A DNA stretch of 62,383 nucleotides, counting the filler, from Deltaproteobacteria bacterium (GTDB lineage Bacteria; JAUYMQ01): the NCBI GenBank assembly GCA_030698575.1. It is 10 parts of 10 records of this genome, joined end to end, with 100 filler letters (N's around TTAATTAATTAA, not from the genome) between each part and the next. Parts side by side here need not be neighbours in the genome. Positions count along the whole stretch, not along the records: positions 10,336 to 15,920 come from JAUYMQ010000079.1; positions 16,021 to 23,925 come from JAUYMQ010000084.1; 8 more parts are not named here. One strand, 5' to 3'. Below, one piece after another: positions 12,784-23,098 of the stretch (position 1 is the first letter of the stretch; every line of letters starts with the position of its first letter). A program made the position numbers and the translations under genes. The notes below the pieces were generated by a model. That model made no database searches. It was not told the DNA's origin and saw only the letters and a list, made by a program, of their open reading frames with translations.

Positions 12784-14168
12784 GTTCAGTCCGGAAATTT
12801 CTCGAACGAATCGTCCGCTTTTTCTATCCCGTCATCGCGGTCTCGGGCGCGCATCGCATCCCCTCCGCGGGCTCGGTGGTCGTCGTGTCGAATCATCCGA
12901 ACGGGCTCATCGACCCCGTGACCATCGGTCTGGGCCTCGCCCGCCCCGTCGCCTTCCTCGCCAAGGGCACGCTTTTCGGCAATCCGGTCTCCCGCCTCCT
13001 GATGGACGCCTTCGGCGCGATTCCCGTTTACCGCGCCGTCGACGGCCAGGGAACCGGACGCAACCAGGAAACTTTCGCCATTTGCCGCAAGCGCCTCCTC
13101 GAAGGAGGATGGATCGCGATCTTTCCGGAGGGAACCACGCACGATGATCCGGCGATGAAGCCCTTCAAGACCGGCGCCGCACGCATCGCGCTGGAGGCGC
13201 AGGCGGACGCCGGCGACGATCAGTCTGTGAAGATCCTTCCGGTCGGACTTCTCTACGAGGACAAGCACATCTTCCGATCGCGCCTGGCCCTGAGCGTGGG
13301 CGAGCCGATCGACGTGCGCGAGCAGGCGAGGGAAGCTCCGGCTGATCCGAAGGCGGCGGCGGAGCATTTCACGGCTGTCATCCACGAGGCGCTTGGCGCC
13401 GTCACCCTGGAGGCCGAGAACCGCGAGCTGTGGCGCGGCTTCATGGCGGTGGCCGCCTGGACGGACCGGGACGCCGACGAGGACCTCGCGCTGCGCGAGA
13501 CACGCGCCCGCAGCCTGGCGCGGGCCTACCGGCAGCTCGTGACCGCCGATCCCTTGAGAGCCGGGGAAGTCGTGGATATCACCCGGCGCTTCGTGCGGAT
13601 GCTCCAGTCAGTGGGAATCGACGATCCGCTACATCTGGAAGGATCGGATCGGCCGACACTCGCGGCGCTCGCGGGCTCTCTCTTTTCCCTCCTCATGATG
13701 GCGCCGGTTGCGCTGGTCGGCGCGGTCCTGAGCTGGATCCCCTACCGGCTCGTGAAGCCGCTGGCCCATCTGGCAGCCGGCGGCAAGGTGGAGCTGATCG
13801 GCACTTTCAAGGTCCTCATCGGGCTGGTCATCATGACGATCACCTACGTAACAGAGGCTGTTCTCTTTGGAAGTTGGTTCGGCTGGCCCGTGGGGCTTGC
13901 AACCCTCGTCATCGCGCCCGCCACGGGTTTCATCGCCCTGCGGTTTCACGAGCGCCTGTCGCTGCGAAGAGAGGCGCTCCGGGCCTACTGGCTGCGATCG
14001 ACGCGCGCGCGCGTCGCGGTGGAGATCCGGAAGCGCCGCCGGGAACTGGCGCGGCTGGTGGAAGTTGCGCTGAAGGAAGTTCTGCCGGAATCCGCCGGGT
14101 CTAGTGTCGAACCTGGCGCTAACGCGCAGACGGAGCCGGGCGGGAACGTCGGCGCCCCCATCCGATAA
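12777..14168 (+). CDS. Glycerolipid acyltransferase (PlsC domain) with C-terminal TM segments
   Basis: NHPNGLID (HxxxxD), FPEG, KTGAAR; overlaps the patatin stop. Confidence 0.88.
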   Translation: MLSSVRKFLERIVRFFYPVIAVSGAHRIPSAGSVVVVSNHPNGLIDPVTIGLGLARPVAFLAKGTLFGNPVSRLLMDAFGAIPVYRAVDGQGTGRNQETFAICRKRLLEGGWIAIFPEGTTHDDPAMKPFKTGAARIALEAQADAGDDQSVKILPVGLLYEDKHIFRSRLALSVGEPIDVREQAREAPADPKAAAEHFTAVIHEALGAVTLEAENRELWRGFMAVAAWTDRDADEDLALRETRARSLARAYRQLVTADPLRAGEVVDITRRFVRMLQSVGIDDPLHLEGSDRPTLAALAGSLFSLLMMAPVALVGAVLSWIPYRLVKPLAHLAAGGKVELIGTFKVLIGLVIMTITYVTEAVLFGSWFGWPVGLATLVIAPATGFIALRFHERLSLRREALRAYWLRSTRARVAVEIRKRRRELARLVEVALKEVLPESAGSSVEPGANAQTEPGGNVGAPIR

Positions 14169-15920
14169 GAAGAAGCATCGAGAGAAAGATGCTGATTCCG
14201 GGGGCGCTGAGGGCGGGAACACCCGTCCCCGGCCCGGCGACGTTCGGATTGGTTCCCGCCGCCACCTCGTCGCCGTCATCGACGCCGTCATCGTCGGTAT
14301 CGGCGCTCGCGGGATCGGTGCCCGTGTCGACCGCGAAGGCGAAGGTCCCGGTGTTGGTCTCGTAGAGATCGGGAACGCCATCGCTGTCCGAGTCGGGTGG
14401 GAGCGAGGCCGAATCGTCTCCGGCAGGGCCCACCGAGAAGTCCACCGTGAAGGTCCCTCCCGTCCCCTCCGAGAAGGCACCCACGTAGGGCTCCAGTTCC
14501 AGCGTATAGGTCCCCGGCACTGTCGGCATGGCGCTCGCGGTTTCCTGGCGGCCCAAAGCGCCGCAGTCCTCGCTGCCGTCGGCGCAGCCGCTGAAAACCA
14601 GTTCGGTGCTGTTCGGATCGAGGAGCCTCGCATCGAGATCCGGCACCCACCCCTCGAGCAGGCAGATGCCAAAGATCTCGACGACGCACACCGCCGCGCC
14701 GTCCAGCGTGATCATCGCCGAGACAGGCGTTCCCATCTGCGCAGCCGTCAGGTTGAAGGGGTGGCTCCAGAGCCCGAGATCGGGAACGCTTCCGCTCACC
14801 CGGAAGTGCGCGGGGAAGTCGGTGGGAAGCGCGGCCAGATCGGCGGCCGCGTGCGAGACCGCGAGGTAGCCGTCGAGCAGCCCCGCGCCCCACTCGTTGT
14901 CCTTGCCCGGATCATCGCGGTCGTGCGCCGTGGCGGCGATGATGTTCCGCAGATGCAGAGGTGTGAGCCCGGGTTCGGCCTCGAGGGCGAGCGCAAGGGT
15001 TCCGGAGACGAAGGGGGTCGCCATCGAGGTGCCGCTGAAGATCACATAGCCGCCAGTCGTTCCCGCCTCGGCGGCCCGGATGCTCACGCCGGGCGCGACG
15101 ACGTCGGGTTTGATCCGCGCATCGAGGGTCGGCCCCCGCCCCGAGAACGCAGCGACATGCACGCCGTTTGAATGCCACGCCGCGCCGGGCGCGGCAGACC
15201 ACTCGGCGGCCGCACCGATCGTGATGGCCTTGTTCGCAACCCCGGGCGAACCGACGGTGCCCGGGGCGCCCCCACCGTTGCCCGCGGCCACAACCACGGC
15301 GAAGCCGGCGTCGAACGCGGCGTCGACCGCCAGGCTCAGCGCATCGCTTCCGTCCGAGGGGATGGAGCTCGAGAGGCTCATGGAGATGATGCGAACGCCC
15401 GCTTGCATCGTGCACCAGTCGATCGCGGCAATCGAGTCGCTCTCGTCACCGAAGCCGGTTGCGTCAAGCGTTTTCGCAGAGTGAACAGACGCACCCGGCG
15501 CCACCCCTCGGAAGGTGGCCGCGTCGGGACCGCCCGTGCCGTCGCCCGTCGCGATGGACGCCACATGCGTGCCGTGGCCGTGATCGTCGTAGGGGGTGGT
15601 CAATCCGTTGACGTAGTCCTGGAACCCGGCGATCTTCCCGCCGTCGAGTTGCTCGTGGGCAGGATCCGCCCCCGTGTCGATGATGCAGATCCCCACGCCG
15701 CTCCCGTCGACGCCGTGATCCACGCGAGCCGCCCCGGTCCCGAAGTCGCGGTTGGCCGCCTCGAGGTTGATGGAAACCTCGAAGTCCTCCTCCACACGGA
15801 ACACTCCCGCGGACCGCGCGAGTCCACGAATTTTGGCCGCTGTCATGCTGGCGGCGAAACCTGGAATGATCCGGAAGTTGCGGCGCGCGTTGAACCGGCC
15901 GGCCGCCGCGCTTGCCGCAG
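14119..15920 (-). CDS. S8 subtilisin-like serine peptidase with DxDxDG repeats and C-terminal sorting signal; 5' truncated
   Basis: Catalytic IIDTG, GHGTHVA, SGTSMATP; DSDSDG/DTDDDG repeats; terminal VPALS + TM + RRR. Confidence 0.92.
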
Positions 15921-16020
15921 NNNNNNNNNNNNNNNNNNNNNNNNNNNNNNNNNNNNNNNNNNNNTTAATTAATTAANNNNNNNNNNNNNNNNNNNNNNNN
16001 NNNNNNNNNNNNNNNNNNNN

Positions 16021-16396
16021 GGACGCCGCGGCGGTCCTGTTCCCGCTGGGCGAGGACGCGAACCCCTTCACGATGGGCGACGACCGCAACCCCGTGAACG
16101 CCTGGTTCTGGAAGGCCGACCGGGAGGAGCCCTTCGACGTGATCGCGCGGGGCTACAGCACGAGCCAGCGGCGGCCGGGCGGCGCGAGCGGCCTGGTCGC
16201 GCGGGCCGAGCACCGGCAGGACGCCTGGGTCGGTGTGTTCCAGCGCCCGCTCCGGCCTGCGCCCGGCGAATTCACGCACTTCGAGCCCGGCGCCACGGCG
16301 CGCATCGCGTTCGCGGTCTGGGAAGGAAGCAACGCCGAGCGGGGCGGCCAGAAGGCGGTGTCCGGCGCCTTCCTCGATCTCGAGTTCGACGGCTAG
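16021..16396 (+). CDS. Heme b (gamma) subunit of type II DMSO-reductase-family enzyme (EbdC/S25DH-like), 5' truncated
   Basis: DAAAVLFP..TMG..PVNAWFWKA and IAFAVWEGSNAERGGQKAVS (Met/Lys heme-ligand motifs). Confidence 0.85.
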
Positions 16397-16440
16397 CAGC
16401 GCGCACCTCAACCCGAAAACAGGAAAAGGAGATTGCGACG

Positions 16441-17475
16441 ATGGGCAGCCCGGGCAGGAAGGAAATTCGCTACTGGAACATTCTCCAGCCGTTGCCGGCG
16501 CCCATCCTGATCGAGCTGGCGAAGCAGGCCGAGGCTCAGGGGATCCACGGAAGCTTCGCGCCCCAGGTCTATGGCCCGCCCTTCCTTCCCCTGGCGGTGG
16601 CAGCCGGGGTCACCGACAGACTGCAGCTTGCGAGCGGCATCGCGATCGCCTCGGCCCGCAGCCCCTTCGAGACCGCGATGGCGGCCATCGACATGGATCG
16701 CATCTCGATGGGGCGCTTCACGCTCGGCATTGGCGCCAGCGTGCTCGCCTGGTCGCGCGGCGTGTTCGGCGCGCCCGAGCACAAGCCCCTCGCGCACCTG
16801 CGCGAGACCGTGGCCGCCGTGCGGCACATCGTAAGCGGCGCGGGAGGGCATCTCGAGCCCTTCGAGGGCACCTACTACAAGGCCGACTTCACCCACTACC
16901 AGCCGCTGGAACCGCCGCTGCGAACCGAGATTCCCATCTGGGTGGCCGCGCTGCGCGCGCCCATGGTGCGCCTTGCCGCCGAGATCGGCGACGGCGTGAT
17001 CGGGCATCCGATGTGGTCGGCCGACTGGGCCGTGAATCACATGCAGCCCGAGCTGGAGGCGGCGCTGGCGAAGGCGGGCCGGAAGCGAGAGGACATCGAG
17101 GTGAACCTCTGGCCCTGGGCTGCGCCCAACCCGGACGAGGCGGAGGCCATCGAGGACTCACGCGCCACGATGGCTTTCTACGGAGGCGTGAAGCAGTACG
17201 AGTCGTTCTTCGAGGCGCACGGCTTCCTCGACGTGGCGCGAAAACTCCAGGAAGGCGTGCAGCGCGGCGACTACCGGAGCGTGGCCCACCTCGTGCCCGA
17301 CGAGATGGTGCGCGCCTTCGTCGCCGTGGGCGAGCCCGAGAAGGTGAAGGAGCAGGTGGGCCGCTACGCGTCCGTGGCCGACAGTCTTTGCATTGTCCCG
17401 CCGGTCTACGCGCTTCCGCCCGAGAAGGTCTTCCAGTACGTGAACGCCATCGCAGCGACGTTCTACGGCGGATAG
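16441..17475 (+). CDS. LLM-class (luciferase-like, possibly F420-dependent) oxidoreductase
   Basis: LASGIAIASARSP, SMGRFTLGIG, IWVAALRAPMVRLAAEIGDG. Confidence 0.85.
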   Translation: MGSPGRKEIRYWNILQPLPAPILIELAKQAEAQGIHGSFAPQVYGPPFLPLAVAAGVTDRLQLASGIAIASARSPFETAMAAIDMDRISMGRFTLGIGASVLAWSRGVFGAPEHKPLAHLRETVAAVRHIVSGAGGHLEPFEGTYYKADFTHYQPLEPPLRTEIPIWVAALRAPMVRLAAEIGDGVIGHPMWSADWAVNHMQPELEAALAKAGRKREDIEVNLWPWAAPNPDEAEAIEDSRATMAFYGGVKQYESFFEAHGFLDVARKLQEGVQRGDYRSVAHLVPDEMVRAFVAVGEPEKVKEQVGRYASVADSLCIVPPVYALPPEKVFQYVNAIAATFYGG

Positions 17476-17484
17476 CCGGCGTTA

Positions 17485-18507
17485 TCAGCTCTCCATATCC
17501 CGCCCGCCGTCCCCCTTCGGTTCCAGCCGGGTGCGGCCGGTGGCCAGGATGATCTCCGGATCGACGCCCGACCGTCGGGCGATTTCCTCCGAATGGCGGA
17601 GTTCCTCCTCGCTCATCAGCCTGGTTCCCTCGAAATCCCAGGTCATCCCCAGCCTCGCGTACTTGTCCGCCGCAAGATTGTTGAAGGCGCAAAGCTCCCA
17701 GCGCGTGACCACGTCGCCCAGGTGCCGGGCGATGAAGGCGCCGAGGCCGGCCAGGTTCTCGTCGCTGAAGGTGGCGCCGGGTATCAGCGGCGTGCGAATC
17801 CATAGCCGGCCGGGAAGCCCGCCTTCCCGTATTCCCCGGGAGAGCGAGATGAGATTGGAAAGGATCCTCTCATTGGAAACCCCCGTATGCCGGGCGTGCC
17901 TCCCGGAATCGATGTCCTTCAGATCGTAGAGGATCAGGTCGGCGTGCCGGGCCACCGAGTCGAGGGACCGGGCCGAGCACATGCCGGAGGTATCGATGGC
18001 CGTGTGGATGCGGAGCGAACGGCAGCGTTCCAGGAAAGGCGCGACGAACCGGGCGCGAAGCGCGGGCTCACCGCCCGAAACGGTCACGCCCCCTTCAGAG
18101 GTCTCGAAGTAGCTCCGGTCCTTCAGGACCTCGCCGACGAGTTCGCGAAGCCCCCAGCGCCTCCCGAGGATTTCCAGGGCGGTCGAGGGGCATTGATCGG
18201 CGCACTCTCCGCAGGCCGTGCAGCGCGCGTGGTCGATCTCGATCTTGTCTTCAATTCGGCGGAGGGCGTCCTCGGGGCAGACCGCATCGCACAGGCGCGT
18301 GTTGAGGCACTTCCACGGGTGCCACACGAGTTGCGGCTTCGACACCAGCGCTTCGGGGTTGTGGCACCACCGGCAGGCAAGGCTGCAGCCCTTCAGGAAG
18401 ACGGTCGTACGCAGGCCCGGGCCGTCCTCGGTGGACATGCGTTGAATGTTGAGGACCGTCGCGTAGGGTCCGGCCCCGGCCCCGTCCTTCTCACGCCCGG
18501 GCTGCAC
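17485..18507 (-). CDS. Glycyl-radical enzyme activating enzyme (radical SAM with ferredoxin-like insert)
   Basis: DGPGLRTTVFLKGCSLACRWCHNPE; insert CLNTRLCDAVCP...CTACGECADQCP; GVTVSGGEP. Confidence 0.95.
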   Translation of the reverse strand: MQPGREKDGAGAGPYATVLNIQRMSTEDGPGLRTTVFLKGCSLACRWCHNPEALVSKPQLVWHPWKCLNTRLCDAVCPEDALRRIEDKIEIDHARCTACGECADQCPSTALEILGRRWGLRELVGEVLKDRSYFETSEGGVTVSGGEPALRARFVAPFLERCRSLRIHTAIDTSGMCSARSLDSVARHADLILYDLKDIDSGRHARHTGVSNERILSNLISLSRGIREGGLPGRLWIRTPLIPGATFSDENLAGLGAFIARHLGDVVTRWELCAFNNLAADKYARLGMTWDFEGTRLMSEEELRHSEEIARRSGVDPEIILATGRTRLEPKGDGGRDMES

Positions 18508-18561
18508 CGTGATCCTCCGCTATAGCCGGCAGCGGCTCTCCCGCGCGAACGGCAGGGGAGG

Positions 18562-19737
18562 TCACCGCTCGGACGACGGGGCTTTCTGATTGAACCGCCT
18601 GCCGAACAGGATGCTGGCCATCGTGATGCGGAGCATCTGGACCGTGCCGCCGGCCACTCTCCAGGCCAGTGCGTCGCGGTGCATCCTCTCCAGGGGGAAT
18701 TCCTTGCTGTAGCCGTAGCCGCCCAGGATCTGCATGGCCCCGTCGGTGACCTCGGCGGCCATCTCGTTTGCGAAGCACTTCCCCATCGAAGATTCGTACA
18801 TCGAGGGGAAGCCCTGCCCGGCGCCGGTGGCGGCGCGGTAGACGAGGAGGCGCGCCGCGTCCAGCTTCATGGCCATGTCGACGATCCGGAACTGGACATC
18901 CTGGAATTCGCAGATGGGCCGGCCGAACGCCTGGCGCTCAAGGGTGTAGGCCCTGGCCTCCTCCAGCGCCCCGCCCGCGATTCCGAGGCACATTGCGGCG
19001 TTGCCGCAGCGCTCGAGATCGAAGGTCGTCATCAGCTCGGCGAACCGCCCCGCTCCCAGGACCACGCTTTCCCCGGGAATCCCCACGTCCTTGAAGATCA
19101 GATCGCAGGAGGGCATGCCCCGGAGGCCCATGAATTCTTCCTGCCTTCCGAACGTGAATCCGGGCGCATCCTTCTGCAAGAGGACGGCGCCGATGCCCTT
19201 GTAACCGGGCACGTCGCCGAAGCGGCAGTAGACCATGTAGTGGCTGGCCTCCCCGCCGCCCGAAATGAACGTCTTGCGCCCGTTGAGGCGGAACCCGTCG
19301 CCGTCCTCCGTCAGCTTCGTTCTGAGCGACACCAGATCCGATCCCGCCTCCGGCTCGGTCATGCCGACCGAGACGCTGGCCTCACCCCTGCAGACCGCGG
19401 GCAGGACGGCGCGCTTCTGCGCGTCGGTGCCGAAGGCGTCGATCACCCTGACCGGACCCAGGTTCGATTCGAAGACCGGCGCGGCGATCATGGGGCTGAA
19501 CTTCGCCAGTTCCTCGATGGCCAGGACGGCGGTGACGCCAGGTTGCCCGCCGCCCCCGTATTCGGGAGACAGCGTCATGCCCAGGAGCCCCAGGTCGGCG
19601 AACTTCTTCATCAGGTGCAGGGGGAACTCGCCGGTCTTCTCGGTCCGGGCCGCCAGCTCCCTGAACTTCTCGCGCTGGCCCATGGTGCGGATCGTCTCCA
19701 CCAGGGCCCGTTCTTCCTCGTTCAGCGCGAAGTCCAT
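18562..19737 (-). CDS. Acyl-CoA dehydrogenase
   Basis: MTEPEAGSD, LNGRKTFIS, RQAFGRPI, QILGGYGY. Confidence 0.93.
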   Translation of the reverse strand: MDFALNEEERALVETIRTMGQREKFRELAARTEKTGEFPLHLMKKFADLGLLGMTLSPEYGGGGQPGVTAVLAIEELAKFSPMIAAPVFESNLGPVRVIDAFGTDAQKRAVLPAVCRGEASVSVGMTEPEAGSDLVSLRTKLTEDGDGFRLNGRKTFISGGGEASHYMVYCRFGDVPGYKGIGAVLLQKDAPGFTFGRQEEFMGLRGMPSCDLIFKDVGIPGESVVLGAGRFAELMTTFDLERCGNAAMCLGIAGGALEEARAYTLERQAFGRPICEFQDVQFRIVDMAMKLDAARLLVYRAATGAGQGFPSMYESSMGKCFANEMAAEVTDGAMQILGGYGYSKEFPLERMHRDALAWRVAGGTVQMLRITMASILFGRRFNQKAPSSER

Positions 19738-19764
19738 TCGGTTCTCCCGGCCGTCAGGAAAGGA

Positions 19765-22146
19765 TCAGCACTCGAACTCGGTGCGGCTGATGATCTCGTT
19801 CTGCGCGATCTCGCTCAGGCCCGTGAACAGCGCCGAGTAGCCGCTGACGCGCACCACCAGATCGCGGTGCTTCTCCGGGTGCGCCTGCGCTTCGCGGAGA
19901 ACGGCGGAGTCGATCATGTTGAATTGCACCTGCACGCCGCCCTTCTTGAAGTAGGTTTTCAACAGGGCCCCTAGTGTTTCCGGGCGCAGCCGGACGGGGT
20001 TGAAGCGCATGTTGAGGTTCACCCCGTTGTGGGCCCTCAGGAGCGGCAGCTTCGTGACCGAGTTCATGATCGCCGTGGGGCCGGTCGTTGCGCTGCCGTT
20101 CGAGGGGGTGATGCCGTTGCCCAGCACGTCGCCGGCGAAGCGCCCGTCCGGGCTCGCGCCCGCGAAGGCCCCCATGGCGATGTGGAAGCCGACGGAGAAC
20201 ACCCCGGGCCAGAAGGTGCCGCCCCGGTAATTCCGGTGCTCGAGCACCCGATCGCAAAAATGATCGAGCACTCTGGCCGCCATGGAATCCGCGCCGTCGT
20301 CGTCGTTGCCGTACTTCGGGATCCGGTTCAGGAAGTAGGCCCGCCGGTCCCCGGCATCGTCCCAGTCATCCAGCAGCATCTCCGACAGCTCCTTCATCGT
20401 GACGACGCCCTCCTCGAAGACCGCCTCTTTCACCGCATACAGGCTGTCCACGACGTTGGAGAAGCCGATGAGCTGCACGCCGGTGGAGTTATAGACCGCT
20501 CCACCTCGCGTCAGATCCATTCCCTTCTCGAACGGCCCGTCGATCATCGCGGATGCGAAGGGGGAAGGAACCCGATCGGCGATAGCCTTGTCGAGGACGG
20601 CCATCCCCCGGGCCATCTGCCCCATGAAGTGCCTCACCTGCGCGTCGTAGGCGTTCCAGACGTCTTCGAAGGAGGAGAACGAACCCGGGTCGCCGGTGCT
20701 GAGACCCGATTGACTGCCGAAAATGCTGTCCATTCCATCGCTCAGGGCGAACTCGAGGCACTTCATTCCGCTGAACTGGACCGCGAACGTCGAGCCGAAA
20801 CTCTTCCCCTGGGCATTGGGCTCCAAACACCCCACGACCCCGTAATCGCGCGCATCCTCGAGTGTGTGGCCGGCGCGCTGAAGCGATTCGACGATCACCT
20901 CGTCATTGAAAAGGTGGAGCGGCACGCCCGCCTTCGCGTACCGTACCGCCCTCAGGAAAAAATCGTCCGGCGTGCCGGGCCCCACGCGCACGCCGAAGTT
21001 GGGCTGAACGGTGCTCAGGGCGGCGAAAGCGTCGAGGCCGATATAACTCAGCTCGTTGGTGACGTCCTCGCCATCGGGTCCCATGCCGCCGACGGTGACG
21101 TTCTGCGTGGTCTTCCCTTCCACCCCTTCTCCCCCGGGGATGAACGCATCCTCGAGAATATTCCAGATCTCGTTCGTCTTCAGGAAGAGCATCGAGAGAA
21201 GCTCGCGGGCCCTGTCCGGCGTGATTGCGCCCGCTTGCCTGTCCGCCTCGTAGTAGGGGAAAAGGTGCTGATCGATGCGCCCCAGCGAGACCGAGTTGCC
21301 GCCCGATTCAATCTGGGCGACCAGGTGGATGAAGTAGACGCACTGAACCGCCTCATGGAAGGTCCGCGCCGGATGCGCGGGGACCCGCCGGCACGTTTCG
21401 GCGATCGCGCGCAGTTCCTCCGCGCGCGCCGGATCGGGCTCCTCGCCGGCCATACGTTCGGCGACATCGGCATGGCGGTTGGCAAAGCGGATCGCCGCCC
21501 TGCAGGAGCGCGCGGCGGCATCGTAGAAGCGGCCCTTCTCTCCCTCCCGATCCTTCGCCGAAAGCGCCGCGTACCGCTGTTCCGCGTCGCTCGCGATTCC
21601 TTCGAGCCCCGTCTTCAGGATTCGGGAATGATCCATCGTGAAATGGCCGATGCCGTAGGTGATCTCCAGGACCATCGTGAAGACGTACTTGTCGATGTCT
21701 CGGGCGACGTCCTCCGGAAGAGCTTCCTCCAGATGGTCCTCGACGGTTCTGCCTCGCCAGAAGGGAAGGATGTCTTCCCGCAGCTCGCGTTGCTGCTCGG
21801 CCGTGATCTTCACATTCTGGAGTTCGCGCTGCCCGAAGCCTTCCATGTCCTTTTCGATCCACCGGCACTTGTTCTCGGGGAAGAACGGCGCGCCTTTGAG
21901 CCTGGAAGTGCGGCACCCCACGATGAGCTCGTCGTCCCGGATGATCACGCTGATCTTCTCGATGACGTGCTCGAGGGCCAGGCTCATTCGCGTGAGCGGA
22001 TGCCTATCCCAGTTCTCCGCCATGGACTGCGTGAAATAGCGCGCCCGCTCGACGCAGGCCTCTCTGGGCGCCTCGATGATGCGGCTCCTCAGGCGCTCCA
22101 CGCGGTCCAACGAGGCGGATCTTACGATCGGTTGCACGGCCGACAT
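19765..22146 (-). CDS. Glycyl radical enzyme (PFL2/eliminase-like), substrate unknown
   Basis: Cys loop VVGCLEP and Gly loop LVVRVSGYSA; 793 aa; no PFL-type CC motif. Confidence 0.93.
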   Translation of the reverse strand: MSAVQPIVRSASLDRVERLRSRIIEAPREACVERARYFTQSMAENWDRHPLTRMSLALEHVIEKISVIIRDDELIVGCRTSRLKGAPFFPENKCRWIEKDMEGFGQRELQNVKITAEQQRELREDILPFWRGRTVEDHLEEALPEDVARDIDKYVFTMVLEITYGIGHFTMDHSRILKTGLEGIASDAEQRYAALSAKDREGEKGRFYDAAARSCRAAIRFANRHADVAERMAGEEPDPARAEELRAIAETCRRVPAHPARTFHEAVQCVYFIHLVAQIESGGNSVSLGRIDQHLFPYYEADRQAGAITPDRARELLSMLFLKTNEIWNILEDAFIPGGEGVEGKTTQNVTVGGMGPDGEDVTNELSYIGLDAFAALSTVQPNFGVRVGPGTPDDFFLRAVRYAKAGVPLHLFNDEVIVESLQRAGHTLEDARDYGVVGCLEPNAQGKSFGSTFAVQFSGMKCLEFALSDGMDSIFGSQSGLSTGDPGSFSSFEDVWNAYDAQVRHFMGQMARGMAVLDKAIADRVPSPFASAMIDGPFEKGMDLTRGGAVYNSTGVQLIGFSNVVDSLYAVKEAVFEEGVVTMKELSEMLLDDWDDAGDRRAYFLNRIPKYGNDDDGADSMAARVLDHFCDRVLEHRNYRGGTFWPGVFSVGFHIAMGAFAGASPDGRFAGDVLGNGITPSNGSATTGPTAIMNSVTKLPLLRAHNGVNLNMRFNPVRLRPETLGALLKTYFKKGGVQVQFNMIDSAVLREAQAHPEKHRDLVVRVSGYSALFTGLSEIAQNEIISRTEFEC

Positions 22147-22231
22147 GGCTGCTTCTCCTGCCGAAGGTTTGATGGTCTCTTGATCTTCCCGGAACCCGCT
22201 TCCGGTTTCGCGCGCCAGGTCCCGGCGCGAA

Positions 22232-23059
22232 CTACACCCGGATGTCCATCTGCCCCAGGAGAATCCGGTCCCTGAGCGCCCTGGGCAGAAATCGATTCAG
22301 CTTGAGGAAGAACCGGCTCTTGAAGTCGATCTGGTTGCAGACAGCCGGGCGTTCGGACTCGATGATCCCGGCGATGACCGCCGCGGCCTGGCGCGGGGTG
22401 GGAGCGGTCCTGATCAGCTCCTTGTCACGCTGGATAAAGCGCCTCACACGCTCCCGGTAGGGTGATCCCTCGGGCGGAAGCACGTGGATCTTGGCGGCGA
22501 AATCTGTCGATACCTGCGCGGGCTGAACCAGCGACACCCTGATCCCGAACGGCTCCACCTCGTAGCGCATCGACAGGGCCAGTCCCTCGACGGCGAATTT
22601 GCTGGCGGAGTAGATCGATTCGAAAGGGAAGGGTATCTCTCCGACCAGCGACGAGACGGCGACCAGCTTCCCACTGCGCCTTTCACGCATCGCGGGAACG
22701 AACGCCTGGAAGATGGCGGCGGTGCCGATCACGTTGATCTCCATGCACCGCAGCGCGCCTTCCAGATCGATCTCCTCAAAGGGGCCGAAGAAGCCGATGC
22801 CGACGTTCGAGAGCACCGCGTCGACATGGCCGAACTTGCCAAGCACCTGATCCCTGAACCGGAGGATGCCCGGGCGGTCGCGGATATCCAGCACCTCCAG
22901 CAGCGATTCCGCGCGCATCTCGTCGAGCTCGGATTTCAGCGATCCGACGGCGCCCGCATCGATGTCGAAACCCGCTACGACGTTTCCGGATGCGGCCAGC
23001 AGCTTAGCCACTTCGCGTCCGATCCCCTGCGCCAGTCCCGTGATTACGACCACCTGCAT
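22232..23059 (-). CDS. Short-chain dehydrogenase/reductase (17beta-HSD-like subgroup)
   Basis: TGLAQGIG, catalytic YSASK, RYEVEPFGIRVSLVQP. Confidence 0.92.
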   Translation of the reverse strand: MQVVVITGLAQGIGREVAKLLAASGNVVAGFDIDAGAVGSLKSELDEMRAESLLEVLDIRDRPGILRFRDQVLGKFGHVDAVLSNVGIGFFGPFEEIDLEGALRCMEINVIGTAAIFQAFVPAMRERRSGKLVAVSSLVGEIPFPFESIYSASKFAVEGLALSMRYEVEPFGIRVSLVQPAQVSTDFAAKIHVLPPEGSPYRERVRRFIQRDKELIRTAPTPRQAAAVIAGIIESERPAVCNQIDFKSRFFLKLNRFLPRALRDRILLGQMDIRV

Positions 23060-23098
23060 GCTTCAAGCCCCTCGTCGATTGTCCATTCCGGTGACGCC

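Noticed and set aside
19765-22146. Calling the GRE pyruvate formate-lyase or alkyl/benzylsuccinate synthase
   Set aside because: It lacks the PFL Cys-Cys motif, has Cys-x-Glu, and no small fumarate-addition subunits are adjacent.
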